NCBI GenBank assembly: GCA_013265495.1
Contig: MU057801.1
Span: 2,076,301-2,140,300, forward strand
Reading direction: 5' to 3'
Source of the DNA: Vicugna vicugna
Taxonomy: Eukaryota
DNA: 64,000 nt
Of this stretch, positions 26,126 to 38,925 are shown piece by piece. The notes beneath the pieces are model-generated. The model saw only the letters and a program-made list of their open reading frames with translations. It did no database searches and was not told the origin of the DNA. Position 1 is the stretch's first letter. Each line of letters begins with the position of its first letter. A program made the position numbers and the translations under genes.

Positions 26126-26685
26126 CGAGGCATGTGTGTCCTGCTCGTGTGACTGCCAGGGATTTCCTCAGGCCTCCCTGGGGGGGCACACACCCTTGGC
26201 GACATAGTCGGAGGGGAGTGTAGAGAAGGGCCTGGAGGTGGACGCAGGGTCTGGGCAGTGAGCTGGGGCAAAATTTTCACAGCAATTCATCAGAATCAAC
26301 CAGTCTCTCCCTGAATTTTACCAAGGAGGAGCCTGCGTGTGAGCGGCACAGTTTCTCTTCTAACCCCTGGTGAACTGTGGGATCACACGGGGACCACCGT
26401 CACAGCTGGCAGGTGGCACCATGGGGACGTGGAGCCCGACCTGGCTCCGTGGCAGCTGCAGGCTCCACCCTCTTTGTGCTTCATGAGTCAGGACCCACTC
26501 CCTCACCTTCAGTTGGCATTTCTGATGCTCAGTAGTGTGAACTTGAAAAAATGGACTGGCATGGATGGGACCGTCCACTCCGCCCGGCCTGCTTTCCTCG
26601 GGCTCAGGCCACCATGGTGCCGGAAATGCACACCGTGGAGCTCTGCCCAGCGACATCCCTGGGGCCCGTGGGCCTGGAAGGGACC

Positions 26686-27103
26686 GTGGCATGAGCTGAA
26701 TTATATCCCCTCAACAAGATAAGTTAGGTCCCAACCCCCGTATCCCCAACACGGCCGTGCTTGGAAATAGAGTCTTCACAGGGATCCTCGGGCTCAAAGG
26801 CGGTCATCAGAGCGGTCACAGCGGATCCACTGTGACTGGAGCCCAGATCCAAAGGGGAAGTCTGGACAGACAGGCACAGAGGGCGGACTGGTGAGGGCAC
26901 AGGAAGGGGAAGACGCACGGACAAGGCAGGGACACCCCAGTGACCATCACCACGGAAGTGGAAGAGGCCAAGAAGGACCCTCTCCAGGGCCCTGCCCGCA
27001 GCGCGACCTCCACTTCTGGCCCCAGAAGCGCGAGAGAATACACTTCTGTGTTTTAAGCCACCCGGGAGTGGCTCTTGTTACAGCAGCTGTAGAAACTAGC
27101 CCA
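26686..27103 (+). mobile_element. MaLR LTR (MLT1B/C/D-like), near full length
   Basis: atgagctgaattatatcccc start; ggaaatagagtcttcacagg; acttctggccccagaagcgcgagagaatacacttctgtgttttaagccaccc...ttgttacagcagctgtagaaactagccca end. Confidence 0.85.
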
Positions 27104-29479
27104 GGCGGGTCCCACTGGGTGCCCGGCCCACCCCTCTGAGCTCCGCGCTGGAGGGTCTGGGACGATGGCCGGCACCAGTGCAGCCTTGAGGGGCAAAGGT
27201 GCCCCAGACACAAGAGAGACAAGAGCAGGGGCGTGAGCATGACCTGAGGCCAAAGACACCCGCAGCCACATCACAGGTCAGACGCAGCCCAGCTCCCAGC
27301 CAGGTGCACATGAGATCTCACACTGAAGGCCTCTTCAGCTCAGTTCCTACGACCCAGTACCTTGTGTCTTCTGTGCAAGAGAAAATTACAAGTCTTGTTA
27401 AAAGCAAGAAAAAACACAGTGTGAAGAGACAAAGCAAGCATCAAACCAAACTTCGATACGGTGTAGAATTTGAAATGACCCAAACAGGGCGTTTAGAGTA
27501 ACCATGATAAATGTGTTAGGGGCTCTAAAGGAAAAGTGAACAGCTTACAGGGACAGACGGGTGAAGCAAACAGAGCGATGAAAACACGAGGAAAGAATCC
27601 GGTGAGAACGCTGGAAGCCCCATGCCCTGTACCGGAGTGAAGACCGCTTTCGATGGGCTGCTCCGAGGACAGGACCAGGGAACCCGAAGCTCCGTCCCCA
27701 GGAGTTCCCACGCTGCGCTGTGCCGTGTGTGGTCGGAAGCCCAGGGGGAGGAGGGGACAGACTAGAAGCAGCATCTGAAGCAGTCACAGCCGAGGGTTTC
27801 CTGAGATGAGTGACAGACACCAAGCCGCCCCACGGACCAAGGTCAGCGGCTACCGGGCCCGAGCCCCCGGCCCCCGGCCCCCGGCCCCAGTGGGGGGGGG
27901 GGCACAGAGTCTGCTCAGCAGTCTTAATGAGGCTTCGCAGCCTGTGGCTTCCAAAGCGCTGTCTCTGTCCCGCGCCCACCGGAGGGGGGTGCACCCAGGG
28001 GAACCTTGGCTCGCGGCTCTGAATGATGAAGCCATGTGCTCTACTCTCAAATGCTCATTAAACAGGATGACCGCCCTCAGCGGTACATACCACTCAAAAC
28101 TCATTATATCTCATTACCTAAGGCTGAATAGCACTGTCCAACGGACAGAAAGATTCAATTAAATGAAAGTTAGACAAAGGCTTGGCGCTTGTGCAAGCTA
28201 CAAACAAGATGCCTACAGCTTTTGGGAAATGATGTAATTGAAATTGTACGTGGCCTTGGATGGTCACAGCACACACAGAGACCCTGAGAATGGCAGCAGG
28301 CGGCTTTGCCGAACGTTCAAGTACTGCCCCCTTTCATGGGGTGGTTCCCCAGCCCCCAACGCACGGCCAGCAGTGCTCATCTGTCCTGGGTCCTCACCCC
28401 TAGGGAGCTGGTAACACTTTTGCGATCTGTACTGTGAACGCAGGGCACCTTGTCTGCTGTGTGTCCTCCTGGAACTGTCCATGCTTCTGAATTACCACCC
28501 AGAAGGCAGGGAGGTGCCCCGTGTTCCAGGAACCACCAAGTCCTTCGTACAACAGACTCCCCGAGACTCTGCTTTAAAAAGCAAAGTGCTCTTGGGTTAA
28601 GACACGTTGGCCTGAGGAGACTCCAGCAAGGCTGTTTGGGATCCGCAGGGAAATTTTTCAGAAAGAAAGAAACTCTTGAGCAATGAGGTCAGAGCTGTGA
28701 GTGTGCATCTGGTAGTGTCAGGACCCTGGCTTGGCCCTGAGGGTTCAGGCTTCTGTCAGCGCCTGTGCAAGTGGCAGCGTGTGCAAACTGCCTTCCGGGC
28801 CTGCTCCTGGAACACACCCGTAACGGGAGGCCAGGCCGTCCCGAGGGCCCTCGGGGCAGCCCTGTGGCTGAGACCGGCCGGAGGTGCTGCTGGCCCTGGG
28901 GCCGGGCAGCAAAGCCCCTCCACCCCACAGGCACTGCCGCCGGGAGCGGATGTGTGAAGGAGACAGTCTCTCCACTCACAGCACTCCTGACACCAGACGG
29001 GGGCGTTTTCCACGCCGAACAGCCTTCCGGCTCCCTGGAGGCACCAGCTGGGTGCCCTGCAGTGTAGCTCAGCCCTGACGCTGACGGCCCGGTGTGCACA
29101 GAGCCCCCAGGTAAAGGACTCAGTCCCTGGGACAGCTCACCGACTCCGGGCGCCAGTTACAAGTGCTGGGGCCCCAGGTTACCAGTGCTCCTGTCCAACC
29201 TGGCTACAAATCAAGGCCCCCATGACCCGCTTCCCGGCATTGGTGATCTGCTGGAACAGCTCACGGAGCCCAGGCTGACAGGGCGCTTGCCGTCACCGGG
29301 TCACCGTAAAGGCTACATAAAGCACACAGACAGCCGGACAAGGGGCACAGAGTGAGCGCCAGAGGGCCCCAAGCGCCTCTGTCCCTGTGCACTTGGGACG
29401 CACCCCTCCCGGCACGTTGGTGCCTTCACCAGCCAGAGGCCCTCGGAGCCCTGTCCTGTAGGGTTTCCTCATGGACACG

Positions 29480-30560
29480 GCTGACTGAACCACCGGCCAC
29501 GGTGATCGACTCCACCCCCGGCGGTCGGCGCAGGGCTGAAAGTTCCGGCCCCGGCCCCGGCTGGCTCCTCCGACCGCCAGCGCCCCCCCCAAGAGGCCCC
29601 CAGGCGTCACCTCTAGCACAAGCCAGGCGGGGGGGAAGGGGCTCATTGTGAAGCTCTTCATGGACAGATTTTAGAAAATTGCCTCAGGTTTCCCGCCCAC
29701 GGGGGCAAACTTACCACAGAAAAGTCTTGGCAGGAACGTGATGGGGGCGCAGGCTGGCCGGTCGGGGCGAGCGTGAGGGCCCGGCCGGAGGGACGCGGAT
29801 TCACAGGAAAACGAGGGCTGACACGGCTCTGCTCTTTGGGTCCTTTGTCGCGAAGAGCCTGTGAGCACCAACGCAGCGCGTTAACAACGGAATCTGCCAG
29901 ACCGCCCGTCCTCCCTGGAAGGTCCGCGCCTGTCGCTCTGAGGGCGCGCTCCGTGCCTGAAGCCGGCTTTAAAAGCACGAGAGTTTTCGTCACAAAGTCC
30001 GCGCCGCCGTTCCCCGCAAGCCCAGCTCTGAAGCGGTGCCTCTTCCTTAAGGAGAACTGAACCCTCCAGCTGCATCTCTCGCCGCGGGCAGCTTGCTTTT
30101 CTGCCCTGAAGGGCTGACCCGCGGTCACGCTGGGCGAACCCCCACGTTCTGAGGCCGTCGGACCCGTCATCCTAATTCCCCTCTGTCGCGCCAGGCACGC
30201 GTTTACGGGATGTGCAGATGAGCACGGGCACCTTCGGAGGCGCCATCACTCCACCTGCCACAAAGCCCTTTAAGAAGAAAGAGCTGGCCCAAAGGGATCG
30301 CCGTAACCTCCAAGCGGGGGTGTACCGCGGTCCGTCGCCACGAGGAAGAGGATGCAAGTACCGCAAAGGCGCCTCACCAGGAGGAAGCGGGGAGTTTCAG
30401 AGGAGCTGAGCTCTCCCCGAGCCCTCCCACCTGTCACCCAAAAAGAACACACTGAAGACGCGCTCAGTGAGACCATGACGTCTGACTCCCACGGGACTTA
30501 GTGACGGCCGGCCTCCATGCCGCGGTCCCGGAGGCGCCTAGCCAGCACAGACTCCTGCTC
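29480..30560. promoter_or_regulatory. CpG-rich island without a recognisable gene
   Basis: High CG density; minus-strand donor TG|GTAAGT with the exon ending at 29715. Confidence 0.4.
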
Positions 30561-33500
30561 CAAGCAAGCCCACCGGAGGCCCCGAGTAGACTGCTGGACG
30601 CCAGCCTGAGCTCAGGGCCCTCCGACAGTGACTGACGAGCCAGGACTGTCTGAAGGGTGCCCTTGGCTGGGAGAATAAAACACGAACGGCCTTCGCTTCC
30701 CTGCTGGGCTTCAGCAACTCACGAAGAGGCCTTGCGGCAGAGGGAGGCCGATGGGACGTGCCGCACGCAGCACACATGTTCGCTTGGAGGTAACGATTCT
30801 TCGGGGACCCAGGATCAGGGCAGCGCGGCCCCCTGGGTGTCTGGTCCTCCGGGGGGAGAGTCTAAGGCTGTCCTTGGACCCGTGTCGGTTCTCCTGAACC
30901 TCTGCTCATACGGTGGAATCCCAGGGTCCCAGCCCGGAGAGAGGGTGACCCTGAATTACATCCACTGTCAACAAGGGCCCAAAGCCACCAACGGTGGGAA
31001 ATTCAAAAACGCCGCCGGGTTTCTAGAGATTTTCAGAGGCGTTCTTAGACCCCTAACCTCCGACACCACACGGCAGGGCTTCACTTGGAGGCCTGAGGGC
31101 TTCCACGGAGGGGGAGAAGGACCACGGATGCGGGACGCCCGTTGTCACCGACGGGCCTCAATCCATCAATTCGCAGGAATTTTAAACCGTTTGGGGAATT
31201 TTGTAGTTTTGCAGAGTAAACTTACAGGTTGGTAAACCACCTACTATTTAAAGTGGGTTTTCCTTACGAGAGTTCTCCACAAGGTGGAGGCGGCCCACAG
31301 ACAGCAGGTCCCCAGGGCCTCGGGGAGGTGGGGGTGAGGCCGGCGAGCAGGGGTCTGCGGCCCCGACAGCCTGTCTGGGGCAGGCCTCTCTGGACGCGGG
31401 ATCGCCCCGCCGAGGCGTCATCGCCTGTGTGGAAACCGGCTCCGGGGGGCGAGAAGGAGACAATGGGGTCGAAGCAGCCATCAGGCAAGGCTGGTCTGAG
31501 CGTGAGCTCAGTGTTATTTGCAAACCTTGGGAGTTCGGGTGTCGCTGACGAGTCCTGAGGGACAGGTGTTGGAGGGGCCTCTCGGGCTGCAGGCCGACCT
31601 CACCCCACGTCCCTGGGGCTGGTGCGCTGCCTGGGTCCCTGGTGGGGCTGATCTGAGCTCAGTCGTGGGAGGTCAACTCTCAGCAACAACAGTGTGGGTC
31701 ACCTGCCTTTGGACAGATCCGTGTGCGGGCGGTTGGGTCTACACCCGAAAACGGGCTCTAGGCAATCTGGGACTCGAGCAGCTGTGCTTCTGCGCAAGGT
31801 GTGACCGAGCGTCACGGGGAGCCCAGCCCTTCCTTCCCCGGGTCTGCGCCCCAGGAGGCTCTCACCTGTGCTGGGAGAGCTTTGGCTGTCCCCGAGTTAG
31901 GGGTGGCGACAAAAAAGGAAGGCCAAGGGCTCTGGGCTGGAAGCTCCGGGATGATCTCCAGCTGGTCTACTTGGTCAATCAGAGCCAATCAGACCTCATT
32001 AAACGTGCGTCGTACCGCGTCCGAGCCAAGGGCCAGGGCAGGAGCAGCGGCGTCCGCTGTGTCACTCCCAGGGGGTCCTTCTCCGAAGACGTCTGTTACC
32101 TGCTGGGGGGTGGGCTCTGGAATCAACTGAGGTTTCTGCCAACGGTGGACTGAAACCGTCCTCAGGGAAATGTGCAAACGTGCTGGGGAAAATATTTTTT
32201 AAAACACACTTTTAAATGCAAAACAGCTCTTGCAAGAAATACTCTGATGCCAGAAACGAAGTGGGATCAGGAGTCCCAAGAGGTGAACAAACGCTGAAGG
32301 CCTCGGCTGCTGGGGGTCCACGCCTCACGGGCGTCCTGGACCTTCTGTTCCAACGGCTGCAAGTGTGGGCACCACTCCCGGAAGGCGGGCACCGTAGTGG
32401 GGAGAGCCGCCTTTCCAGATACCAAGATGCCATGAAGTCCTGGTACCTAGGGTGAGGTTCCAGCCGGGGCGGTGGGGGGGCAGAGGCAGCAGCTGTCGGG
32501 GCAGAAAGAAGACGCCAGCCCCAGGCCCGCCTGCAGCATCACGGACAGGGCCAGTGGCTGTGCAGGAGGACGGCAAGGCGCTGCCGCCTCCGCGCCTCGT
32601 GGAGTGAAGGCCGGAATCCAAGGGCACATGCCACCCTTTTAGAAGTGTGCTTCGGAGAATGTCCTTGGGACTTCGGGGCCAGGAAGAATTTCCTCGATGG
32701 AAGTCAAGAGCACGAACCACCGGGAAAGCAGGGGAGCAGGTGGCTTCTGAAACCCAGGGCTCCTCGCCACCCTCAAGGGGGAAGTGGGAACAGCGTCCCC
32801 GAGACCACGGAAGAGGACTAGGGGGAGAGAGGGAGAGACACGGCCCCCAGGCCAATAATAAAATGAGAAAGCGGCCCCCTGGGGATGAGAGGCAGATCGC
32901 AGGTCGGCATCGCACGACGCAGAGACACAAATGGCCAAGAAACCCTGAAGAGGCTCGAGTTCGTTAGTCGGCAGAGAAATACAGGAATGTGTTTTACTGC
33001 CTCCCCGCCAGCTGGCATGGTTAAGACGCCTGGTCACACCCAGCGTCTGGCAGGGCCGTGGAGCAGCAGGGGACTGCTGGAAATGGCTGTCAGAGCAGAA
33101 GTTACGACAGCCTGGCACTGCCCGGGCAAGTCCAGCCCCGGCCAGCACCGCGGGCGGAGCTCTGGCCCACGTGTTCGCGAGCGCTCCCGGCAGCCTCTCC
33201 CCAGCAGCAGCACCTGGGACCAGCAGCCTGTCCGTCCACAGGGGAGGGAACAGCTGAGCCCAGGGGCCGCGGCTCCCTCTGGGGGGCGGGGGGACCGGGT
33301 CCAGGGAGCACCACGGGCTGGTCATGTGTTTCTTAAACCGGCTGGTGAGCGTGTGGTTTTTATTTTATTTCCAAGCTTTACAACACAGACGTACAGAATG
33401 TCACTGGAAGCATCGACCGTTTCACAGTTTAAAACATCCTTGTGGAGATCCAGCCCAGGCTGACCCTGGGGTGCGGGCGGGGGAGCAAAGGGCCAGGGGG

Positions 33501-33943
33501 CTCAGGAACCTTGTGAATCCTTGTGCCGCTGGTTCACGTCACACTGTCTCCATCCCCACTCGACCTGGGGTCCGAAGACAGGTGACCCTCGCAGCGTACC
33601 TGTGGGAGGCATAGGACTCAGAAAGCCAGGTCTGTGCCCTCTCACACCTGTGCAGACCCCCCACAAGGGTCTCTTCTCTGAGAGCCTCCCTGCTCGGAAG
33701 GAAGGCTGGGCAACGGGACAGTGGAGCCAGCCTCCATCCCTCCAGGGCCTCGCGGGGGCACCTCCGTGAGCTCGGGGCGCCCCAGGTCCAGCGAGGAGGA
33801 GAGTGGCCCCACCGCCCAGGAGCCGGGACGGCGCTTGCTCCGCCTGCTGCTTCTCCGGCCCCGCAGTCCTCGGGAGAACCGTGGGGCCGGGCCCCCCATC
33901 TGCACGGTGGGGCCCTCTGAGGGTGCAAAGAGATGAGGTTTAC

Positions 33944-34053
33944 CAGGGAGAACAATGCCGCGGGCTGACAGTGCTGCGTCCTTTCCTGACTCCTGGCGTA
34001 TTTTACTTCTACCTCAAGGGTCTCGCCTACTGTGACAAATGCAAATTTGTCAC
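33944..34053 (-). other. Candidate exon (110 nt)
   Basis: Strong acceptor tgtgttttgttttttctttctag|G and donor CTG|GTAAAC; one open frame (DKFAFVTVGETLEVEVKYARSQERTQHCQPAALFSL) with no recognisable homolog. Confidence 0.3.
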
Positions 34054-36247
34054 CTAGAAAGAAAAAACAAAACACACAAAGAATCCTTGACTCCAGTTAA
34101 AATTCTCACCCTGGGCCGGGAAGGGAACAAAGCCGACTCTTTAACCCTGAGGGTGGGAGGACCCCGCGTCCAGGTGTCCACGCCCGCTGCCCCTTGAAGG
34201 GTTGGGGGCCTCAGAGGCTGCCTTCCGGTTCCTCCCCACGCCCCACTCCACGCTTCTGCAGAATCGTTTACTTTTCCTTCCTGTTTCCTCTCGTCCTGGA
34301 GTCCCTCACGACACAGATCCCCAAGGAGGGACCAGAACATTCTGCTCCACCTCCAGCCCTTTCAACACGCCCCTCCTCCTCCCCACGACCCAGCGCCCCG
34401 CAGCTTTGGCTTCCCTTGAGCTTCTGCTCTGTCCTCAGCCCACCTCCCCCTGAGAATTAAAGAGTCATTGGCCCGAGCCTGTGAAATCCGAGGCGCTGAC
34501 CAGTTACTTGTGTGAACGCATCTGTGCGCCCTGGGCTCCCAGCCTCGCGCGCGTGTTACCCTGAGTGACTCCGGGACAGGGTGGGGCTGTGGGACCCAGG
34601 GCTGCCGAGGCAGAGACCTGGCGGGGCGACAGCCTGTCCCTTTGCCAGACAAGGAACTAAGACACGATTTCCCAGTTGCTTCCGTGCGGGGCCACTTGCC
34701 AGCGCTCCCTGGGGCGGAGGGGCAGAGGGAGGGGGCAGTGCTTCACAAGGAGCATCCGGAAGGGGACCCCGAGGCTCCCCAGCCCGGCCCAGGTGGGGCG
34801 CTGAGAGACGGTCCCCGCACCCTGCGGTCTCCCTCATTCATGGGGCACCGGACGGACCGCGGAGCAGAACGCCCGCCTCTCTGGGGAGACTGACGCTGGG
34901 TGCGGACGCTGACGCCGAGGGCGGGGGCCCATCTCGCCGAAACTGCCCTTTCTGTCCCACGATCGTCACTGGTTCCCCTCCTGCCTCCTCGAAACAGAAC
35001 TACAACAAAAGCAACAAGAAAAAACACAGCAAAGAACTGATTTTTCTTTAAAACTTCCGCCTTGGTTTGCAGCAGGGACGGAACCGGGGGCTTCAGACAC
35101 TCCAGGAGGCCGCTGGTCAGGCAGGTCCGGGGTCAGCGCGCCTCTCCCAGGAAATCCACACCTGCCCTCCTGGCTGTGACCCGGGTGTCCCCATTTTGCC
35201 TTCTGACGTGACACAGACCCCTCGACCCCTCTGCCCCGGGCAGCCCTTCTGTTCCTGGAGTTTTCTTAGCGGCCCTGAATCTTTTTTGAGAAAAACATCT
35301 TCTGTTTCTTCGGTCCTGTTGGTGTGAGCTGCTCCTTGGCTTACCCACTAGCGTGTCCGGGCAGCCACCCGCCCGGGCTCTCCACACCGCCCGAGCAAGA
35401 GGAAGCGCTTCCTGGGGAGGGCCCTTCCCTCCGACGACGCGCTGCCCCTCCAGGCGCCGCTGAGCAGCTGGCGTCCAGCTTGCGGTCGCTAGGATCCTCC
35501 CCTCGGGCCTGCGACTGCAGACTTCAAGGACGTGGTTCTCACCCCTGCTGGCCTCATCTTTTTGGTCCGAACTTATTTTTTCTGCTGCAGGGAAATCATT
35601 ACATCCTTTGAATCAGTCTTTGGGGGCGTCTGCTGTCCTTCCCACACTGAGGAAGCTTTTGGGAAAACAGCATCTTGAAACGCCGGGGGCCGTGGCCCGA
35701 AGCAGCTCCACGTCTAGGTGTCCCCACACAGCCGGGGACGCGGAGGCAGGGAAGTAGCAAAGGCCACTGCGTCCTCCCCGCTTGTTCCACTGAAGAAAAC
35801 CCTGCCCAGGGCGGACGCAGGACACCTGTGCTAGGCAGGCGGCAGGGGGCGGCCCCAGGCGTCGAGGCTGGAACTGACGGGAGGACCACTACCTCCTCGC
35901 CTCTGGTCAGACAGCTGTGTCCTTCACCTTCTCCCCTGATGGGACTGGGCCGCGTGCCCACAGCGGTGACTCTCCGGTCGCTGCCCGCCCTTCCCTGCCC
36001 CGCCCTCCAGCCTTCCCGGGAAGCCCCCGCGTAAACCACGCGCAGCCACATCCTTGTCTCGGGCTCTTCTTCTGGGGAACTCGTCTATGGTGAGCATCTT
36101 CTAAATGAAGGTCTAGAGTGCTAGGCGGGCGTAAGGGTAAAGGGCACGACGGCACTGAATGTCTGGACACTCCGGAGAGAACGATTCCTGAATTCTAGTA
36201 TCTACAACTGCACTGCAGGCCCAGAGCAGAGAAGCTTCTCCTTGAAA

Positions 36248-36512
36248 AAATAGTTATTTATTTACCAAGATAACACTGAGTTATAACACTGCAGAAGTTT
36301 CACGTGCACAGCGTCGCACTCCTGTCCGGGGTGCCCTGCAGGGCACCCAGCACCCGCGTTCGGTTTCCACCAGTCAGCAGACGGCCGACTCCCTTGCCCA
36401 CGCACACCCCAGGCCCTCCCCTCTGGAAACCGCGACTCTGCTGTCTGGCCTGACGTGTTCATGAGCCTTGGCTTTTGTCTGTTTGTCAGTCTGTTATTTT
36501 CCACATCTGAGA
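36248..36512 (-). mobile_element. L1MA-like 3' end fragment
   Basis: ttatttatttaccaagataacactgagttataacactgcagaagtttcacgtgcacagc and ccctccctctggaaaccgcgactctgctgtctg...ttccacatctgaga match the reverse L1MA 3' UTR. Confidence 0.75.
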
Positions 36513-38826
36513 AGCCTCTGCACCTGGTTTCACGCAGAGGGAAGTCTGAGGACGGAGCTTACCGCAGAGGCTGAGGGTCGCCGCTCGTGGGTCAGTGACC
36601 AGGCCCCTCCCTGACCAGCAGCCGAGAGCGAGGACCGCCTGTGCGCGGCCAGCTGTCCCTCAGCGGCGCGTCTCCAGGGCGCGAGGGGTGGCTGTCCCCC
36701 CGTGTCACTAACGCCAGCCCCTTGAAATAGTCAGCCGGCTTCCTCAAAGGATAAACCCGAGCCAGTGCTATTTTAAAACATCAAAGATGTGCTTGTGGGT
36801 CTGGCGTGGGGGCTCTGGCTGCTGGTGTTGGGCCAGGGCCTCCAAGACGACATTAAACCGCGTCAGGTTCCACCATGTGCGTTAGGGCTGCACCTGCCGT
36901 CTCCTGCTGATGACCAGGGGCCCTGAGGCTACAGGGCTCGTGCCAGGGCTGGGCCGGCCCACGCGGCCGTGGAAACGAGGCTGCCCTGGCGGCGAAAGTC
37001 CTCGTGGCAGAGCCGCGACCCCCGGGTCCCCACGCCTATCGCCGTGGGTCCCCCGCCAGCCAGCTCCGAGCCGGGCTCTAGGCACAGGTTCCACGTCCCG
37101 CAGTCCTACGGCCCCCGCCCGGCCCCTCCCTTGAGCAGTCTGCTCTTCCCGTGGAGGGAGACGCCTGCGCTGCGACGTTTGGTTACGCTGGCCTCTTGAG
37201 CGTTGGGTTAAACCTGCATCTGGACCTCTCCTCGAGGGTAACTCACGGCTCCTTGGCCCTTTGGTTTCTGCTCTGACTGACCCCAGGGCCCCCCAGGGAG
37301 GAGGAAGGTGGAAAGTCACAGAGGAGGGGCTGCTGGGCATTCCCTGCCCTCAACCGTTCTGGCCGTGGGAGGGTGGGGCCAAGCGCAGTTCCATCGGGAA
37401 CAGCTCATCTCTGAAGACACGCTGCACAAAGCCGACCCAAAGGCCGGACGAGCCCAGTTTGGGGGCTCGGGGAGCTGGGAGCGGCCCCAGGACGGGGGTC
37501 TGCTGGGCCATTGGTCTGCTTGTCCTTCAAGAGAGGAGTTTAATGAGCTTTTTGCAACTAAATGTCAACCATACTGTTAAAATAATAAACGTCACCATTA
37601 CCCAGCTTTAAAACAAACCGAAAAATCCCCAAATGACCTCCCCTTTTCTTGCTTCAGCCCCACAAGTTCACAGGGGCGGCTGGCAGCCCCCACACGGTCG
37701 CTTTCCTGTGGGGTGGTCCCGAGCGGGTGGAAGGGGCAGGGCAGCCACCTCGTCCTCTCGGCTCGGACTTTGTGCATGAGCTTCAGGAGTCGGCCAGCGT
37801 CCCGCTGTGCCACTCAGGAATGCTCGGCTCTACCCTGGAATAAGAGAAGCCAGCCAGAAAGGAGGTGAGAAGCAGGTAAGCGCAGAAGCGGGTGGTCTAT
37901 GGGTCAGGAAGACCCCAATGAACTGACAAGGGCATTGGTGATGTTGACCTGGGTTGGGGGCGGGAGGACCAGGAGCATCACCTGCGTGGGATTTGACGAC
38001 AGCCCAGGGCGCCCCTCGCCTGAGACACAGGTCAGCCACCAGCCGGGCACACTGGCCCCGGTGTCTCCTAGGTGGCGTCACTGGGCACTGAGCCCATCTT
38101 CAGAGCCCAGCTCTCACCCTCATCAGCACCCGGTCTGCACGAAAGGGAAGTCTCTGAAGATGGTGCCAACGGAGGATTCAGGGAGTGGGGTCCTCCCAGC
38201 CCGCGGGCACCTGGCTGAAGCGCGTCACTGACCCCAGCTCCTTCCTCTTGCTTCTCGCGGTGCTTTCTAGAATCCGTTCTGCCCACGACCCCTCGGAGAG
38301 CTGCGTGGGAGGTACTTGGAGGCTACGGTTGATGGCATCAGGGCCGTTTCCTCCACGGCAGATGACAGACACGGGACACCGTGGGTGAGGGGGCTCGTTA
38401 GAAACACGCCCCGTCCACGATTCATACAAAAAGTAAGGACGCAGGTCAGGGACGAGGGGCTGGGTCTCCATTCTCTGTTCCTCTGTGAACTCATCACAAA
38501 CGCTCCCCACGCAACGTAAAGGGAAAAGAAAAAGTCGTAATTACGTGACTTTCATCCTGTGAAGCTCTTTGCAGTGAAGATAAGCATCATATTTACGTGA
38601 CTACTTATGCATTTGTTGTGCGCTGCGTTGCGGGCTCTAGGTTTGATGTGATACAAGGATTTATTTCTTCGTAAATATCTAGAGAGCGTTTGTTGCTCTA
38701 GAGAGATGTGTATGGCTGGCCGGATAAACATGGAAGCAGCCAGAAGAAGACACACGAAATGCTAACAGTGGGTCACAGAGTTATTAACCATGTTTTGTTT
38801 CTTATTCACCTTTTATGTGTTTTCAG

Positions 38827-38925
38827 GAAGCTCCTAAAGCTGCAAGGATCGTTCTGTGATTTACCGAACCGCAGTGTGTCATTTCAAATCTCCTCTGCAG
38901 CACAGATCTTCATAGACGTCCCCAG
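38827..38925 (+). other. Candidate exon (99 nt)
   Basis: Long polypyrimidine acceptor ttttgtttcttattcaccttttatgtgttttcag|G and donor CAG|GTGGGT; one open frame (KLLKLQGSFCDLPNRSVSFQISSAAQIFIDVP), unrecognised. Confidence 0.3.
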
